Shown here: one piece after another, positions 62,301 through 64,000 of the stretch
Position numbering within the stretch: the first letter of the stretch is position 1
Layout of the letters: each line of letters opens with the position of its first letter
Origin: Thalia democratica
Lineage: Eukaryota
Assembly (NCBI GenBank): GCA_965202585.1
Contig: OZ241827.1
Coordinates: 25,048,001-25,112,000 of the forward strand
DNA: 64,000 nucleotides
Direction: 5' to 3'
Notes under the pieces: model-generated
Told to the model about the DNA's origin: nothing
The model's database searches: none
The model's input: the letters and a program-made list of their open reading frames with translations, nothing else
Made by a program: the position numbers and the translations under genes

Positions 62301-64000
62301 GTTTAAGTTCTGTTTAATTTGCTTTGAGCTACAAAAAACCGCAATCATAATTAAATGTATTTGGTTAATTATAGGAGAACTCTACATCGTCACAAATTAA
62401 TCTATCAAGCTGATAGTGTCACGTTAAAACAATGACTTGTGACGAAGTTAAAGATAAAAAACTATATTCTATAAATAAAACTAAATTAAAAGCTTGTACT
62501 TTAATTTTATTAACAAATAGTTCGACAAAATTTTAATGACGTGCTTTGGTAACTAATATTTTTAAATTGCTAACTATCATAGTTTCGATAAGATTTTAGG
62601 TAGTGAATTGTAAGAATATATATTTAAGCTGTTATAAAAAAGTTCTCTTTTCTATCTGCATAAGTTTTTAAAAGTTAATCTTAAGAACAAAAAATTTTTG
62701 TCGAGGTGAACAAATAAAAAGTATTTGACTTAAATTAAAATAAAACTATTCATAAGTTTTAAACATATAAAATTATTCTATATTTATAAACAGTAAATTT
62801 GTTTTCAAATTTTTTTTTTTAAATGCACTTTTGTGTTTATTGGAAAATATATGAAACCTTATTCAAAAGGTAAAAAGTAACCTAATTAACTTTTATTAAA
62901 CAAAAAAGCTAAAATTAATGTTAACGTGAAATGTAGGCTTTTGTTCAAGCTATTCAGCTAGTCAAATTAAACAAAGTTCGATAAAAAACACGCTTTTTTG
63001 TAGATAAAACGATTTATAGAGTATAGTTTTATATATCAAGTCCAAAATGGAGGTTATACATTATTTATTAAAAACTCAAAAAAATATGGATGTATATTTT
63101 TTAATTAAAAATGAACTAAACAGGTTTATTAAACACCAGTTTAAAGAATTTTTTAGTTGACCAACGGTTTATTTTTTAAAAGCAGTTCTTCTAAGAATGA
63201 ATCATAAAAGTTTTACTGTTTAGTAAAGTTTTAAACTTAAACTGTCGGTATAATTAATTTTTTTATCTTTCACCCATGTATCGTTAACCTAAACTTCATT
63301 TGTATTTATTAAGCTTAAGTGAGAACTTTGATCCAAGTTTCTTATTCAAACATTTTTTTACACTATTTATTAGGTAAATATACCGTTTAAGTTCTATAAA
63401 ACATTATGTTTAATTTCTTTTAATAATTAAAAAAAATAACAAACTTCTTTATCGTTCTTCTTAACACGTGATTTCAAGTCGTATGATTCGTCCATTACCT
63501 TGTCAATTTTCTGGTGGAGTTCTCTGCACAAGTCCTATATAAAGTTTTCAATTCAAATCAAAAAAGTACTAAATGTTGGCTTTTCAGGCCTCGGTGCAAG
63601 CTTTGTCTTTTAGATAAATAAAAACTATTTGAAAAAAAAGTATTATAAACATAGGCAGTCTTTTACTTTCGTATAAACTTACAATCATAAAGTAATAACA
63701 TACTATTTAAACTTAAAACAGCTTAACGGATTTTAAAAAGTGTTTTCTTTGTTAGTACCAAGTATTAACAGATTGGCTAGACTTTTAAAAATATAGTGAA
63801 ATTATTCTAAGGCACGTTTAATGTTTGAATACTTGATTGTTACTCAATAGAAGTTTTTTTTAACTACAGATTTAAAACGATCTTATTTTAACAATTTATA
63901 TTTTACTAACTTGAGCTTCTTGAACAGTCATATTTTCAATTCCGTCCAAGGGCTTCAATCTTTTTGCAAGTACAGCTTTCTTTTCTACAAGCTTGGCCGC
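59400..64000 (-). CDS. TNNI: Troponin I (chordate type), 3' four exons; 5' end lies outside the window
   Basis: Minus-strand exons, all phase 0 with GT-AG introns: >64000-63911 ([30 protein letters not shown]), 63534-63445 ([30 protein letters not shown]), 60026-59844 ([61 protein letters not shown]), 59477-59400 ([25 protein letters not shown]). The inhibitory peptide [12 protein letters not shown] and the DWR.NID motif are diagnostic. AATAAA lies on the minus strand at 59313-59308. Confidence 0.95.
61398..62140 (+). CDS. Mu-like glutathione S-transferase, 209 aa, nested antisense in a troponin I intron
   Basis: Exons 61398-61696 and 61810-62140 (GT-AG, phase 2) give [24 protein letters not shown]...[26 protein letters not shown]...CYNPEFE...[17 protein letters not shown]...[10 protein letters not shown]. 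The catalytic Tyr, the NLPYL.DG and TQS motifs and the N-cap TYVD are intact. Confidence 0.93.

Noticed and set aside
1-64000. tRNA, rRNA, spliceosomal snRNA, CRISPR or other prokaryotic systems
   Set aside because: No diagnostic motifs were seen by eye, and the window is clearly spliced eukaryotic DNA. A tRNAscan or Infernal run would be needed to exclude divergent RNAs.

Overview
AT-rich, intron-dense eukaryotic genomic DNA, probably from an invertebrate chordate such as a tunicate. That assignment is an inference from the compact chordate-type troponin I and the small AT-rich introns flanking GC-richer exons. Four protein-coding genes can be reconstructed by hand: the 3' 31 exons of VPS13D (+, <1-18756), a 12-exon BTB/POZ-C2H2 zinc-finger transcription factor (+, 41277-54560), the 3' exons of troponin I (-, 59400->64000), and a two-exon mu-like glutathione S-transferase (+, 61398-62140) nested antisense in a troponin I intron. 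The best non-obvious feature is a complete RNase P RNA gene (~3611-3920). It lies on the sense strand of a VPS13D intron and has its own TATA box and oligo-T terminator. The intergenic region holds decayed Penelope-like GIY-YIG fragments in inverted arrangement, followed by two minimal type I hammerhead ribozyme motifs. The window also contains two MITEs, a short dispersed repeat, a 443-nt assembly gap and many GC-enriched non-coding islands, including tandem RFX X-boxes. Most ORFs in the supplied track are exon fragments or spurious. All homology calls come from recalled family motifs; no database search was run.
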